From NCBI GenBank assembly GCA_964440985.1, contig CAYTWE010000005.1:1206-65205 (forward strand): a stretch of DNA of 64,000 nucleotides, in the 5' to 3' direction. Shown in pieces: positions 35,049 to 44,458 of the stretch. Below the pieces are notes generated by a model that was given only the letters and a program-made list of their open reading frames with translations, was not told where the DNA came from and did no database searches. Origin of the DNA: an uncultured Lentisphaeraceae bacterium. GTDB lineage: Bacteria > Verrucomicrobiota > Kiritimatiellia > RFP12 > UBA1067. Position numbers and translations under genes: made by a program. The number at the start of each line of letters is the position of its first letter. Positions within the stretch are counted from its first letter, which is position 1.

Positions 35049-37418
35049 ATGAAATGCAGATCTAATGCAGGGTTGTGCGTTGCGGTCATGGCGGCATCGG
35101 CCGCATTCTCCGTCATGGGCGGAGTTGCGCAGGTGAGGTGGCCGGCAAGGCTGTCGTTTTTACGTTCGGGGCTTGAGTTGCGTCCAAGTGTGTTTCTGCC
35201 CGGCTGGCGGCAGATCTCGGCGCACGGTGTCGATGCCGGCAGTGGCGGAGCCGCCGGGTTTGGATTCAATCTTGACGGAGTGCGGGCGACAGGCTGCGGA
35301 TCGTTCGTGCCCATGTCGGGCGGCAAGGTGTCGGCGCGATGGATTCTCACGGTCGAAAGGAAGGTTGCCGTTGAGCAGGTCTATCTGACCACCGTCATTC
35401 CAGGTATCGTAAGGGACGGCGGATCGTATGTGACAGACGGAGTGTCGAAGCGGTTTCCTTCAAGGGGCGCAGAGTTCCAGTTCGGTTTCAGCGGCTGCGC
35501 AAGGCGGCTTTCGCTGTCAGATGCCGAAGGGCGAATCCGCGCAACACTTTCGTTCGATTCGCCCGTGCGCATGATGTTTCAGGATGACGCTAAATTCGGC
35601 GGCGAGACGTCGCTGCGTGTCATGCTTCCGGAGAAGGAGCTGCTTCCCGGTCGTCTCTACGGATGGGGAGTGTCCGTTTCGGAGGATGAGCCTGTTTCGG
35701 TAGACGAGTTGAGACCGCTTGCGATAGAGGCGAACGAAAATTGGATTCCGCTCGTTTCGCCGACGGGAGGCATCGTTGCTGGAAGCGCCCTTGACTTCTC
35801 CGCTGTGAGCGGCATTGACGCACCGGCCGGAAAGCATGGGCGCGTCGTCGTCCGAAACGGACATTTCGAGTTCTCCGGACTTCCCGGCGTGCCTCAGCGC
35901 TTCTATGGCGTAAACCTGTGCTTCGGCGCAAACTATTTCCAGACGTTCGAGTCCGCCGACAGGTTTGCGTCCGGACTTGCGAGGCGCGGCTACAATGCCG
36001 TGCGTCTGCACCATCATGATGGAATGCTTGTGAAGGGGCAGAAGGATTCCGTGACGCTCAATCCGGACAGGATGCGTGAACTTGACGCGCTTGTCGCCGC
36101 ACTTGCGAAGAACGGGCTGTACATCACGACAGACGTCTACGTCTCACGTTCAGTGCCATGGCGGGAGCTGGGTATCGACAGGCCGGGTGATGTCGGGATG
36201 AATGAGTTCAAGACGCTTCTGCGCGAAAACGAGGCGGCGTTCTCGAATCTTTGCGCGTTCGCCGGGAACTGGCTTTCCCATGTGAACGTCCACACGGGGC
36301 GGCGTTGGGCGGATGAACCGTCAGTCGCATGGATATCGTTTGTGAACGAGAACTGTCCGGACAATTTCATCAACGGGCTTGATGCCAAGGGGGTGGCTCG
36401 GCAGGTTGGGCTTGAAAACCGATTCTATGCGCGTCTTGCAGATTTTCTGCGCAATGATGTCGGCGCGAAGCAGCTGTTCACCGACCTGAACGGATGGAGC
36501 GTCAATCCGCAATGGAGACCGTGCCGGGAGCGATTTGACTATGTGGATATGCATTTCTACGTGGATCATCCCAGATTTCTCGAAAAGGATTGGAGGCTGC
36601 CGAGCGAATGCGCGAACGAAGTCCCGTTCGCCGGCGGCGAGCCGAAGGGGGCGAATTGGGCCGGACGCTGCAAAGTGCCTGAAAAACCGTTTACGGTCAC
36701 CGAATGGAATTTCGCGGCGCCGGGCAATTACCGGAGCATTGGCGGCATCGCAACGGGTGCATGGGCTGCGCGTGAGGACTGGGATGGTCTGTGGCGCTTT
36801 GCGTGGAGCCATTCGGTGGACGGTGTGAAGAACCCTTGCGGACAGGCGATGAACTACTTTGATATGTCCGGCGACCCTCTGTCGCTTGCCGGGGAGCGGG
36901 CATCGATGTGTCTGTTCCTGCGCAGGGATTTGGCTTCAGGCAATGCCGCCGCATTTGAGATTGACGGCGACAAAGGGCCACTGCGCCTTTCCACCGGAAG
37001 GACGGCCGGCGGATTTGCAATGCGGGGGCATATCTCCGCAGGTGTGTTCAAGGCAGATGTCGGAGAGACGCCGACTACGATCTGGGCGAGTTCGCTCGAT
37101 TCTGCGCCGCTCGCGCAGTCCTGCCGCATTCTTCTCACGCATCTCACCGATGTGCAGAATACCGGCGCCAGGTTTGCCGATCAGTCGATGAAGGTGCTGA
37201 CGGACTGGGGACGGCTGCCGCACCTCATGAGGCGTGGGAAGGCAAAGGTGTCCTTGTCGGTCTCTAACGGACGTTTTTCGGTGTTTTCCTTGAACGGCGA
37301 CGGAACTCGCCGCGCTGAAGTGCCGCATTCGTACACCGATGGCGCTCTGTCGTTCACGGCAGATGTGGGCCGAGAGAGCGGTAGCGCATCGTATCTGTAT
37401 GAGATTGTCCGCCGCTGA
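35049..37418 (+). CDS. Secreted clan GH-A glycoside hydrolase, GH5-like (start uncertain, 35049 or 35088)
   Basis: RFYGVNL, GYNAVRLHHHD, NVHTGRRWADEP, FVNEN acid/base, FTVTEWN nucleophile. Confidence 0.75.
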   Translation: MKCRSNAGLCVAVMAASAAFSVMGGVAQVRWPARLSFLRSGLELRPSVFLPGWRQISAHGVDAGSGGAAGFGFNLDGVRATGCGSFVPMSGGKVSARWILTVERKVAVEQVYLTTVIPGIVRDGGSYVTDGVSKRFPSRGAEFQFGFSGCARRLSLSDAEGRIRATLSFDSPVRMMFQDDAKFGGETSLRVMLPEKELLPGRLYGWGVSVSEDEPVSVDELRPLAIEANENWIPLVSPTGGIVAGSALDFSAVSGIDAPAGKHGRVVVRNGHFEFSGLPGVPQRFYGVNLCFGANYFQTFESADRFASGLARRGYNAVRLHHHDGMLVKGQKDSVTLNPDRMRELDALVAALAKNGLYITTDVYVSRSVPWRELGIDRPGDVGMNEFKTLLRENEAAFSNLCAFAGNWLSHVNVHTGRRWADEPSVAWISFVNENCPDNFINGLDAKGVARQVGLENRFYARLADFLRNDVGAKQLFTDLNGWSVNPQWRPCRERFDYVDMHFYVDHPRFLEKDWRLPSECANEVPFAGGEPKGANWAGRCKVPEKPFTVTEWNFAAPGNYRSIGGIATGAWAAREDWDGLWRFAWSHSVDGVKNPCGQAMNYFDMSGDPLSLAGERASMCLFLRRDLASGNAAAFEIDGDKGPLRLSTGRTAGGFAMRGHISAGVFKADVGETPTTIWASSLDSAPLAQSCRILLTHLTDVQNTGARFADQSMKVLTDWGRLPHLMRRGKAKVSLSVSNGRFSVFSLNGDGTRRAEVPHSYTDGALSFTADVGRESGSASYLYEIVRR

Positions 37419-37456
37419 CGGTCAGTGGAATTGCACATTTCATTGCATGAATAATC

Positions 37457-37485
37457 TGCATTGCCGTTGCGATATATGCTATAAT
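37457..37485 (+). promoter_or_regulatory. Promoter of the tadC-FHA-PEGA operon; 26/29 identical to 18252-18280
   Basis: TGCATTGCCGTTGCGATATATGCTATAAT. Confidence 0.72.
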
Positions 37486-37502
37486 TGCACCTCATTTTTC
37501 AG

Positions 37503-38417
37503 ATGATGACGCACCAACTGCCAATAATGCTTGTATGGGCCGCCGCTGCGGCCCTGCTCGTGTCGTATGCCGTTGCCATCGCCTCTGAGATAACGTATGT
37601 GACGCTGGCCGACGGACGCAAGACGGAGCGCAAGATCCCTCTCATTTTCCGTCTTCTGCTGCCGTTTGTCCCTAACCTGTCCCGTGTGGTGATGCGTCCG
37701 GCGTTTGCCAAGGCGCGTGAGACGGCGGACTGGATGATTGTCGCGTGCGGACTTGAAGGTCTGCTTACAGGAGCTGAGTTTCTGGCTCTCAAGGTGCTTG
37801 TTCCGCTTGTGTGCGGAACGGTCTGCGCGGCTGTCGTCGTCGCCTTGGGTGCGCTTGCGCCTGATTCGTTCCTTTCCGCAAACGGCCTGCTGTTCATCCT
37901 TATGGCTTTCGCCTATTTCTACGCATATCCGCTTCTTTGGCTGCGCAAGACGCTTAAGAGCCGCCATGCATCGATCATGCTTGCTCTGCCGTTCGTTCTC
38001 GACCTGCTTACGCTGTCCGTGGAGGCTGGCATGGATTTCATGAGTGCGCTTCAGCGCAATTGCGAACGGCGCAGACTCGACCCGCTGAACGAGGAGCTGA
38101 TACGCATGACACGCGAGATTCAGATGGGGGTTGCGCGCCGCGTTGCGCTCCGCAACATGGCCGACCGTGTACGGCAGCCGGATCTCAAGGCGGTATCTTA
38201 CGCACTCATACAGGCAGATGAGCTTGGTGTGCCGATCGGACCAATTCTGCGGATACAGTCCGAGCAGCTGCGCACTCGCAGGTTTGACCGTGCGGAGCGC
38301 CTGGCGAACGAGGCACCGGTCAAGATGCTCGGTCCGCTTCTGCTCTGCATCTTTCCGGCGGTCATGATCGTGCTGTTGGCCCCGATACTCATGGAAGCCG
38401 TAAAGAATATCATGTGA
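37503..38417 (+). CDS. tadC: Tad/Flp pilus inner-membrane platform protein (T2SSF family)
   Basis: LPFVLDLLTLSVEAGMDF, ALIQADELGVPIGPILRIQSEQLR..R...AE..A..APVKMLGPLLLCIFPA. Confidence 0.88.
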   Translation: MMTHQLPIMLVWAAAAALLVSYAVAIASEITYVTLADGRKTERKIPLIFRLLLPFVPNLSRVVMRPAFAKARETADWMIVACGLEGLLTGAEFLALKVLVPLVCGTVCAAVVVALGALAPDSFLSANGLLFILMAFAYFYAYPLLWLRKTLKSRHASIMLALPFVLDLLTLSVEAGMDFMSALQRNCERRRLDPLNEELIRMTREIQMGVARRVALRNMADRVRQPDLKAVSYALIQADELGVPIGPILRIQSEQLRTRRFDRAERLANEAPVKMLGPLLLCIFPAVMIVLLAPILMEAVKNIM

Positions 38418-38431
38418 AGGAGAGGTTTTGC

Positions 38432-39766
38432 ATGGAGACAAGAACACCAGATCTGCTGATGACCGCCGGTCCGCTGAAAGGGAGGCGGTTTACGGTCACC
38501 GATTCGGGGATGCGCCTTGGGCGGTCTTCATCGTGTGAGATATCCATCTCCGACATATCGCTTTCGCGCAACCAGTGCCTTTTCGAGCTGCGTGACGGCA
38601 AGGTCTGGATCACCGACCTTGCGAGCGCGAACGGAACAACCGTCAACGGCGAGGAGCTGGGATCGTCAAGTCGCGAGCTTGTGCCCGGAGACCGCGTCCA
38701 GGCCGGCGACAGCGAACTTGTGCTTGTGGACGAATCCGCACCGGATGGAACAGACGTTGAAGATGGGCAGATGCCTGGGGATGTCGATCTCGGGCTCTCA
38801 CCAAAAGGTGACGAGGCGGCGGATGAAGGCGCGGCTCCATCTGCGGGATCTCCGATGCGCCTGGTGCTTTGGCTTGCGCTCGTGCTTGTGCTGGCCGGAT
38901 CTGCCGTCGCCGTGCTGCTCGTTCCGCGTACTCCCGCAGACGATGCGGCGACAGTGGCGAAGCCGCTTGCCCACGCCAAGCTGTGGTCGGTGACGTACGA
39001 AAAGGTCGAGGCGAGCCCGAAGGGGATTTGCCGCTATGCCATCGAAGTCGATGCGCACGGAACGATGTCTGTCGCACTGGACGACGTTCCGGACAGCAAC
39101 AGGCACGTGAAGAAGTCGGCGGCGCTCTCCGACAAGGCGAAGGCGGAACTTGACAGAATGTTCTCGTCCTCTGCGCTGTACAGGTTGGAGAGCGAATATG
39201 CCGGTCCGGCGCGTCCTGGTGAGCTTGTGCGCTACGAACTGCGCATATCGCGCGGCGGCAAGGTGTTCTCCTGCCTTGTTGAGAATGCACCTGAACCGCC
39301 CGCGTTTCGCGAGACGCGCCTTGCGCTTGAGACATTCTCGCAGAACGAGCTTGGCGTGTGGGCCATCCAGTACTCCGGTGAGAAGCTTACGGAGATGAGC
39401 CTTGAGGCTCGCCGCTCCGCCGACGCCAAGTGGGAGGAGCGGGACGTCAACTACGGGAACCTTGCCGCCGCCCTGAAGCTGTATGACGAAGCCGTGCAGG
39501 ATCTGGAGACCGTGAACCCGAAACCTGTGGACTACGGCGAACTGATCGCAAAGCGCGACATAGTAAAGGCGGAGTTGGATCGCCGCTACAAGGATCAGCG
39601 GTTCGAGGCCGATCGGGCGGTAAACATGGGTGATTGGGAAAGGGCGCGTCGTGAACTGAGGATTCTGTGCGAACTCGTGCCGGACCAGAGTGATCCGCGC
39701 CATGCCGAGGCCGCCGCAAAGCTTATGGATGTCGACAACCGCCTCAAGAAGGGAGGCCTGAAATGA
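38432..39766 (+). CDS. FHA-domain bitopic membrane protein with a periplasmic helical/TPR-like C-terminus
   Basis: FHA motifs LGRS, SRNQC, DLASANGT.VNG, PGDRVQAG; acidic linker; one TM (LVLWLALVLVLAGSAVAVLL). Confidence 0.85.
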   Translation: METRTPDLLMTAGPLKGRRFTVTDSGMRLGRSSSCEISISDISLSRNQCLFELRDGKVWITDLASANGTTVNGEELGSSSRELVPGDRVQAGDSELVLVDESAPDGTDVEDGQMPGDVDLGLSPKGDEAADEGAAPSAGSPMRLVLWLALVLVLAGSAVAVLLVPRTPADDAATVAKPLAHAKLWSVTYEKVEASPKGICRYAIEVDAHGTMSVALDDVPDSNRHVKKSAALSDKAKAELDRMFSSSALYRLESEYAGPARPGELVRYELRISRGGKVFSCLVENAPEPPAFRETRLALETFSQNELGVWAIQYSGEKLTEMSLEARRSADAKWEERDVNYGNLAAALKLYDEAVQDLETVNPKPVDYGELIAKRDIVKAELDRRYKDQRFEADRAVNMGDWERARRELRILCELVPDQSDPRHAEAAAKLMDVDNRLKKGGLK

Positions 39767-41100
39767 GTATGCTTCGTTCAGCGTTTAAAGGGCTCTTCAG
39801 CCTTGTGGCCGTCGCAGCCGCCGCAGTCGCGCTTGCGGCCACGCCCACGCGCATTGACGTTACAGCCCGTCCTGAGGGGGCGAAGGTTCTGGTGGATGGC
39901 GTATCCAAGGGCGTGACGCCGGTGTCGGTGTTCGATGTAGAGGCGGGGAGCCATCTGCTTCGCATCGAGGCGGACGGTCATCGCTTCATTGAGGAGGTGG
40001 TTTCGGTTAAGGACGGGGATTTCCTGCGCAAGGACTACGAACTTGAGCAGGAGACCGGACTTCTTCTCGTCAAGACCGAACCCGAAGGCGCAAACGTCAA
40101 GTACGGCGGCGTCTCGCTCGGTGTCACGCCGCTGCTTGTGACCACGCTTTTGACGGACAGGTCGTATCCGCTTGAGCTTGAGAGTCTTGGCTATCAGTCT
40201 AAGCGCATAAACGTTACGCTCGCCGGGCGTACACCTGTCGCCGTGACGGAGAAGCTTGTGCTTGATTCCGGTGTGGTGGACTGCAGGACGGAGCCGGCTG
40301 GGGCGTCGGTGCTTGTGAACGGCATCGTGCGCGGGACGACGCCGTGCGTCGTCGAGCGCATCCCCAAGGGATATGCCACATTCGTCTTCAAGCTCAAAGG
40401 GTATGTGGATGAAAAGCGCGAACTGCGAATCGCTCCCGGAGACAGGCAGCAGCTTTCACTCTCAATGCAGGGACGCCCGGCAAGTATGTCCGTGATATCG
40501 TCGCCGGAGGGAGCACGCGTCACGATTGACGACAACTACGCCGGCAAGACGCCGATAACCGTTTCGCCGGTGCGTCCTGGCGTGCATACCATCAAGGCGG
40601 AGCTTGCGGGCTATGCGCCTGTGTTCAAGACCGTGGTGGTGGAAAACGGCGGTGAAGTGACGGAGATGTTCAGGTTTGAGTCCGTGCTCGGATGGATAGA
40701 GATCTCCACTACGCCGCCGGGCGCGAGAATCCTGCTTGACGGCAAGGCCGTAGGAATCACAGCCGCGCATCGCGGAAAGAAGGCCGATCTTTCCGGCGTT
40801 AAATCGGACGTCATGTATCTCCGCGACATAGAGGCCGGCGAACACGAGATCGTTGCGCATATGCGCGGGTATGCGGACTTCAAGCGCAAGATAAACGTCG
40901 TGGCGAAGAAATGCACCCCGATAACCGTGCGCATGAAACGGATATTCATTGCCGATACTGAGATCGAGACCGTGAACGGCACATATCGCGGTGTACTGAT
41001 GGACAGCGACAACCCCGACACCTACAGGCTTGAGGTCAAAGAGGGCATCACGCAGGATTTCCGGAAGACCGACGTGCGGACAATCAAGACAATCGATTGA
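39763..41100 (+). CDS. Secreted protein with five PEGA domains
   Basis: Repeats TARPEGAKVLVDG, KTEPEGANVKYGG, RTEPAGASVLVNG, ISSPEGARVTIDD, STTPPGARILLDG. Confidence 0.88.
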   Translation: MSMLRSAFKGLFSLVAVAAAAVALAATPTRIDVTARPEGAKVLVDGVSKGVTPVSVFDVEAGSHLLRIEADGHRFIEEVVSVKDGDFLRKDYELEQETGLLLVKTEPEGANVKYGGVSLGVTPLLVTTLLTDRSYPLELESLGYQSKRINVTLAGRTPVAVTEKLVLDSGVVDCRTEPAGASVLVNGIVRGTTPCVVERIPKGYATFVFKLKGYVDEKRELRIAPGDRQQLSLSMQGRPASMSVISSPEGARVTIDDNYAGKTPITVSPVRPGVHTIKAELAGYAPVFKTVVVENGGEVTEMFRFESVLGWIEISTTPPGARILLDGKAVGITAAHRGKKADLSGVKSDVMYLRDIEAGEHEIVAHMRGYADFKRKINVVAKKCTPITVRMKRIFIADTEIETVNGTYRGVLMDSDNPDTYRLEVKEGITQDFRKTDVRTIKTID

Positions 41101-41858
41101 TGAAGCAGCGTCTTGACCATGCACTTGCCGAACGAGGCCTTGCCGCTTCGCGCACCGCAGCCCAGGCGCTTGTCCTCGAAGGCAAGGTGCGTGTGAACGG
41201 GCAGGTGGCGGTGAAGTCTGCGCAGACCGTTCTTGAAAGCGACAGCATTGAGGTGGAGGCGCCGCCGAGGTTCGTCTCCCGTGGCGGAGAAAAGCTTGAA
41301 GGGGCGTTCGCCGCATTCTCTGGCCTTGACGTTGCCGGCCGCGTGTGTCTCGATGTCGGATCGTCCACAGGCGGATTCACAGACTGCCTTCTTCAGCATG
41401 GGGCGCTCCGCGTGATGGCCGTTGATGTCGGCACAAACCAGCTTGCGTGGAAACTGCGTTCCGATCCGAGGGTGTGGGTGCGGGAGAATTTCAACGCACG
41501 CTACCTTACGGCGCAAGACCTTCCGGAAAGGCCGTCCCGCGCCGTCACGGACGTAAGCTTCATATCGCTCAAGCTTATACTTCCGCCGATGGCGGAGGTG
41601 CTTGAGCCTGGAGGCGAGATTGTGTCCCTCATCAAGCCTCAGTTTGAGGCGGGACGCGGACTTGCACCCGGCGGAGTGGTGTCCGATCCGGCGGTGCGCC
41701 GTCATGTGGTGGAGGACATCACGGCGTTTGGGCAGGACGCCCTCGGGCTTTCGCTGCTTGGGGTCGCGGAGTCCCCGATACGCGGCCGCGACAAGGGAAA
41801 TGTGGAGTATCTTGCGTGGTGGCGCAAGCCGGTCAATCCGCCTGGAGGCGTTGAATGA
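41100..41858 (+). CDS. tlyA: TlyA-family rRNA 2'-O-methyltransferase
   Basis: S4 domain KQRLD, FVSRGGEKL, LDVGSSTGGFTD, DVSFISL, LIKPQFE, GNVEYL. Confidence 0.92.
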   Translation: MKQRLDHALAERGLAASRTAAQALVLEGKVRVNGQVAVKSAQTVLESDSIEVEAPPRFVSRGGEKLEGAFAAFSGLDVAGRVCLDVGSSTGGFTDCLLQHGALRVMAVDVGTNQLAWKLRSDPRVWVRENFNARYLTAQDLPERPSRAVTDVSFISLKLILPPMAEVLEPGGEIVSLIKPQFEAGRGLAPGGVVSDPAVRRHVVEDITAFGQDALGLSLLGVAESPIRGRDKGNVEYLAWWRKPVNPPGGVE

Positions 41859-42256
41859 TGAGAGACGTTTCAATTTTCGTTCTTGCTGCGGCGATGGCAT
41901 TCGCCGGCGGATGTGCGCATGAAACGTACATCGCCGACGCAAAGCATCCAGAAGTGGAGTACACGGAAGCCGGCGATCTGAAATGGCGCGGAAGGTTCAT
42001 AGAGCCGGAGGAGTTGCCGCACCTGCTCAGGAAGTCGGAAGTCGACGTAAAGTCGCAGATCGACATCCGTGTGCCGCAGAACATCCGCAGCCTGAAGGGG
42101 CCGAGACAGCTTCTGTTCATGCTTCGCAGGGCGGGATACACACGTGGAGTGCTCGTGACCGAGAAGAAGGCGTACTCCAGGGCTTCGTCTCCGCCCAAGA
42201 TGGATGCGGTGCGGCCGGACGCCTATCCGCAGAAACGCAAAATACGCTACAAATGA
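41855..42256 (+). CDS. Small lipoprotein with an ExbD/TolR-like periplasmic domain
   Basis: Lipobox FAGG-C; IDIRVP.......RQLLFMLRRAGYTRGVLVT resembles the ExbD C-terminal fold. Confidence 0.45.
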   Translation: MMRDVSIFVLAAAMAFAGGCAHETYIADAKHPEVEYTEAGDLKWRGRFIEPEELPHLLRKSEVDVKSQIDIRVPQNIRSLKGPRQLLFMLRRAGYTRGVLVTEKKAYSRASSPPKMDAVRPDAYPQKRKIRYK

Positions 42257-42287
42257 CGATTGCGCAGCGCTGCAATCCCCCTTTGAT

Positions 42288-44390
42288 ATGACGGATAAGG
42301 AAAACATCAGGAAACGCATAGACTTCTTGCGGGCGGAGATCGAGAGGCACGACCGCCTCTACTATGTGGAGGCTCGTCCCGTCATAGGCGACAGGGACTA
42401 CGATCTGCTGTACGACGAGCTGCTTAGGCTTGAGAGCGAAAACCCTGAGTTCCGTTCGGAGACATCCCCCACTCAGAGGGTATCCGGCGATACGGTGGAG
42501 GGCTTTGCCGAGGTGCGCCATTCCCCGCCGATGCAGTCGCTCGACAAGGTGCATTCGAAAGGTGAGCTTGCCGACTTTGATGCGATGGTGCGCCGTGAGA
42601 CTTCTGATTTCACGTACAGCGTAGAGCCGAAGATAGATGGCGTATCGATTTCGCTCAGATATGAAGGGCGGCAGCTCGTGTGTGCGGCGACGCGCGGCAA
42701 CGGCAAGGTCGGCGACGACGTCACCCTGAACGTGAAGACAATCCGCTCCGTCCCGCTTCGTCTGCCGCCGGATGCGCCGGAAGTTGTGGAGGTTCGCGGA
42801 GAGGTCTACATGACCCGCGACGGATTCGTGGAGCTGAACCGGCGTGAGGAGGAGGTTGGACACGAGCCGTTCGCGAATCCGCGCAACGCGGCGGCCGGAT
42901 CCCTCAAGCAGCGCAGCGCCAAGGATGCGGCGACACGGCCGCTCGATGTTGTGATCTACAACGCAGGCGGCGTCGGATGCGACGGATTCGCCACCCATGA
43001 GGAGATGATATCCGCATTCAGGCGCTGGGGTTTCCCGGTGTCGCCATGGTCGAGGGTCTGTGCCACGATGAACGAGGTGTTTGCGGCGATCGACGAGCTT
43101 GAGAGGCTGCGGCATACGTTCAGGTTTGAGATCGACGGCGCCGTCGTGAAGCTGAACGAACGCGCACTGTACGCTTCGCTCGGCGCAACGGCGCATGGCC
43201 CAAGATGGGCGCGGGCGTACAAGTATGCGCCAGAGCGGGTGGAGACGGTCGTCGAGGGGATCACTGTGCAGGTTGGGCGCACAGGTGTGCTTACGCCTGT
43301 CGCGGAGCTTAAGCCGGTGGAGCTTGCCGGATCTACGATCTCCCGTGCCACGCTGCACAACGCCGACCAGATTGCGCGTCAGGACATCCGCATCGGCGAT
43401 CATGTATGGCTCGTCAAGGCGGGCGATGTCATACCGGCCATAGAGTCATCGATTCCGCAGAAGCGCACCGGCGCAGAAACGGTGTTCGCCATGCCGTCCG
43501 CCTGTCCGGTCTGCGGCGGAACGGTGGAGCGTATTGAGGGCGAGGTCGCTCTGCGTTGCATGAACCCCGGCTGCCGTGCGCAGCTTGCCCGCCGCACAGT
43601 GCATTTCGCCTCCCGCAATGCACTTGATCTCAAGGCGCTTGGAGAAACGGCAATCGATGCGCTTGTGGAGCAGCGGTGGATTTCCGATCCTCTCGACCTG
43701 TTCAACCTCGAGGAGTCTCGGCTTGCATCGTTGAGAATAACGGGGCGTCTGTTCGGACGGAAAGCCGAATCGGTCGCGAAAGCGCTCGCCGCGGCACGTT
43801 CCCTGCCTCTGAACAGATGGCTGTTTGCGATCGGAATACCGGGCGTAGGCGAAACGGTCGCGGCGGATATAGCCGATCAGCATGAGAGGTTCTCCGACCT
43901 TGACGGCTCAGAGGTGCTTAAGGACGTAATCGAGAACGATGCACTTAAGGGTAAGGCCCGCAGAATACTTGCCATCAAGGCGGATGCCGCCAAGGCTGTT
44001 CTTGATTTCTTCAGAAGCGAATACGGCAGAAGGTGTCTTGCCAGGATGCAGGAGCTTGGCATTGACCCAAAGCGCGCCGCAAAGGGCGCGGTGGCGTCCG
44101 AAGGCCCGCTTGTCGGCAAGGGATGTGTGCTGACCGGTACGCTGTCGCGTCCGAGAGGCGAATACGCGGAGTTGATACGCATGGCCGGCGGCATTGTGCA
44201 GAGTGCGGTCACGTCGAACACAAGATACCTTATCGCCGGCGAAAACACCGGTGCGACAAAGACGGCGAAGGCGCGTCAGCTTGGTGTGCAGATCATAGGC
44301 GAGACGGAACTGAAGACGCTTCTCGGAAGTCCGGAATCAGGATCGGATGCGGGTGCTGCGGACACGCTGAAGCAGGGATCTCTGTTCTGA
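42288..44390 (+). CDS. ligA: NAD-dependent DNA ligase
   Basis: VEPKIDG, TRGNGKVGDDVT, NPRNAAAGSL, EIDGAVVK, VGRTGVLTP, CPVC/CMNPGC Zn-finger, BRCT domain. Confidence 0.97.
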   Translation: MTDKENIRKRIDFLRAEIERHDRLYYVEARPVIGDRDYDLLYDELLRLESENPEFRSETSPTQRVSGDTVEGFAEVRHSPPMQSLDKVHSKGELADFDAMVRRETSDFTYSVEPKIDGVSISLRYEGRQLVCAATRGNGKVGDDVTLNVKTIRSVPLRLPPDAPEVVEVRGEVYMTRDGFVELNRREEEVGHEPFANPRNAAAGSLKQRSAKDAATRPLDVVIYNAGGVGCDGFATHEEMISAFRRWGFPVSPWSRVCATMNEVFAAIDELERLRHTFRFEIDGAVVKLNERALYASLGATAHGPRWARAYKYAPERVETVVEGITVQVGRTGVLTPVAELKPVELAGSTISRATLHNADQIARQDIRIGDHVWLVKAGDVIPAIESSIPQKRTGAETVFAMPSACPVCGGTVERIEGEVALRCMNPGCRAQLARRTVHFASRNALDLKALGETAIDALVEQRWISDPLDLFNLEESRLASLRITGRLFGRKAESVAKALAAARSLPLNRWLFAIGIPGVGETVAADIADQHERFSDLDGSEVLKDVIENDALKGKARRILAIKADAAKAVLDFFRSEYGRRCLARMQELGIDPKRAAKGAVASEGPLVGKGCVLTGTLSRPRGEYAELIRMAGGIVQSAVTSNTRYLIAGENTGATKTAKARQLGVQIIGETELKTLLGSPESGSDAGAADTLKQGSLF

Positions 44391-44442
44391 CCCGCATTTC
44401 CGCGCGGACGGAATGCCGCTGCGGTTTTGAATCTCCGGCGTG

Positions 44443-44451
44443 TGGTATAAT
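44443..44451 (+). promoter_or_regulatory. Extended -10 TGGTATAAT, 7 nt upstream of ATG 44459
   Basis: Read directly. Confidence 0.7.
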
Positions 44452-44458
44452 TCGCCAC

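Noticed and set aside
35024-35050. TTGACA/TATCAT promoter for the GH5-like gene
   Set aside because: The spacing is only 15 nt and the -10 overlaps the proposed ATG; too ambiguous to list.
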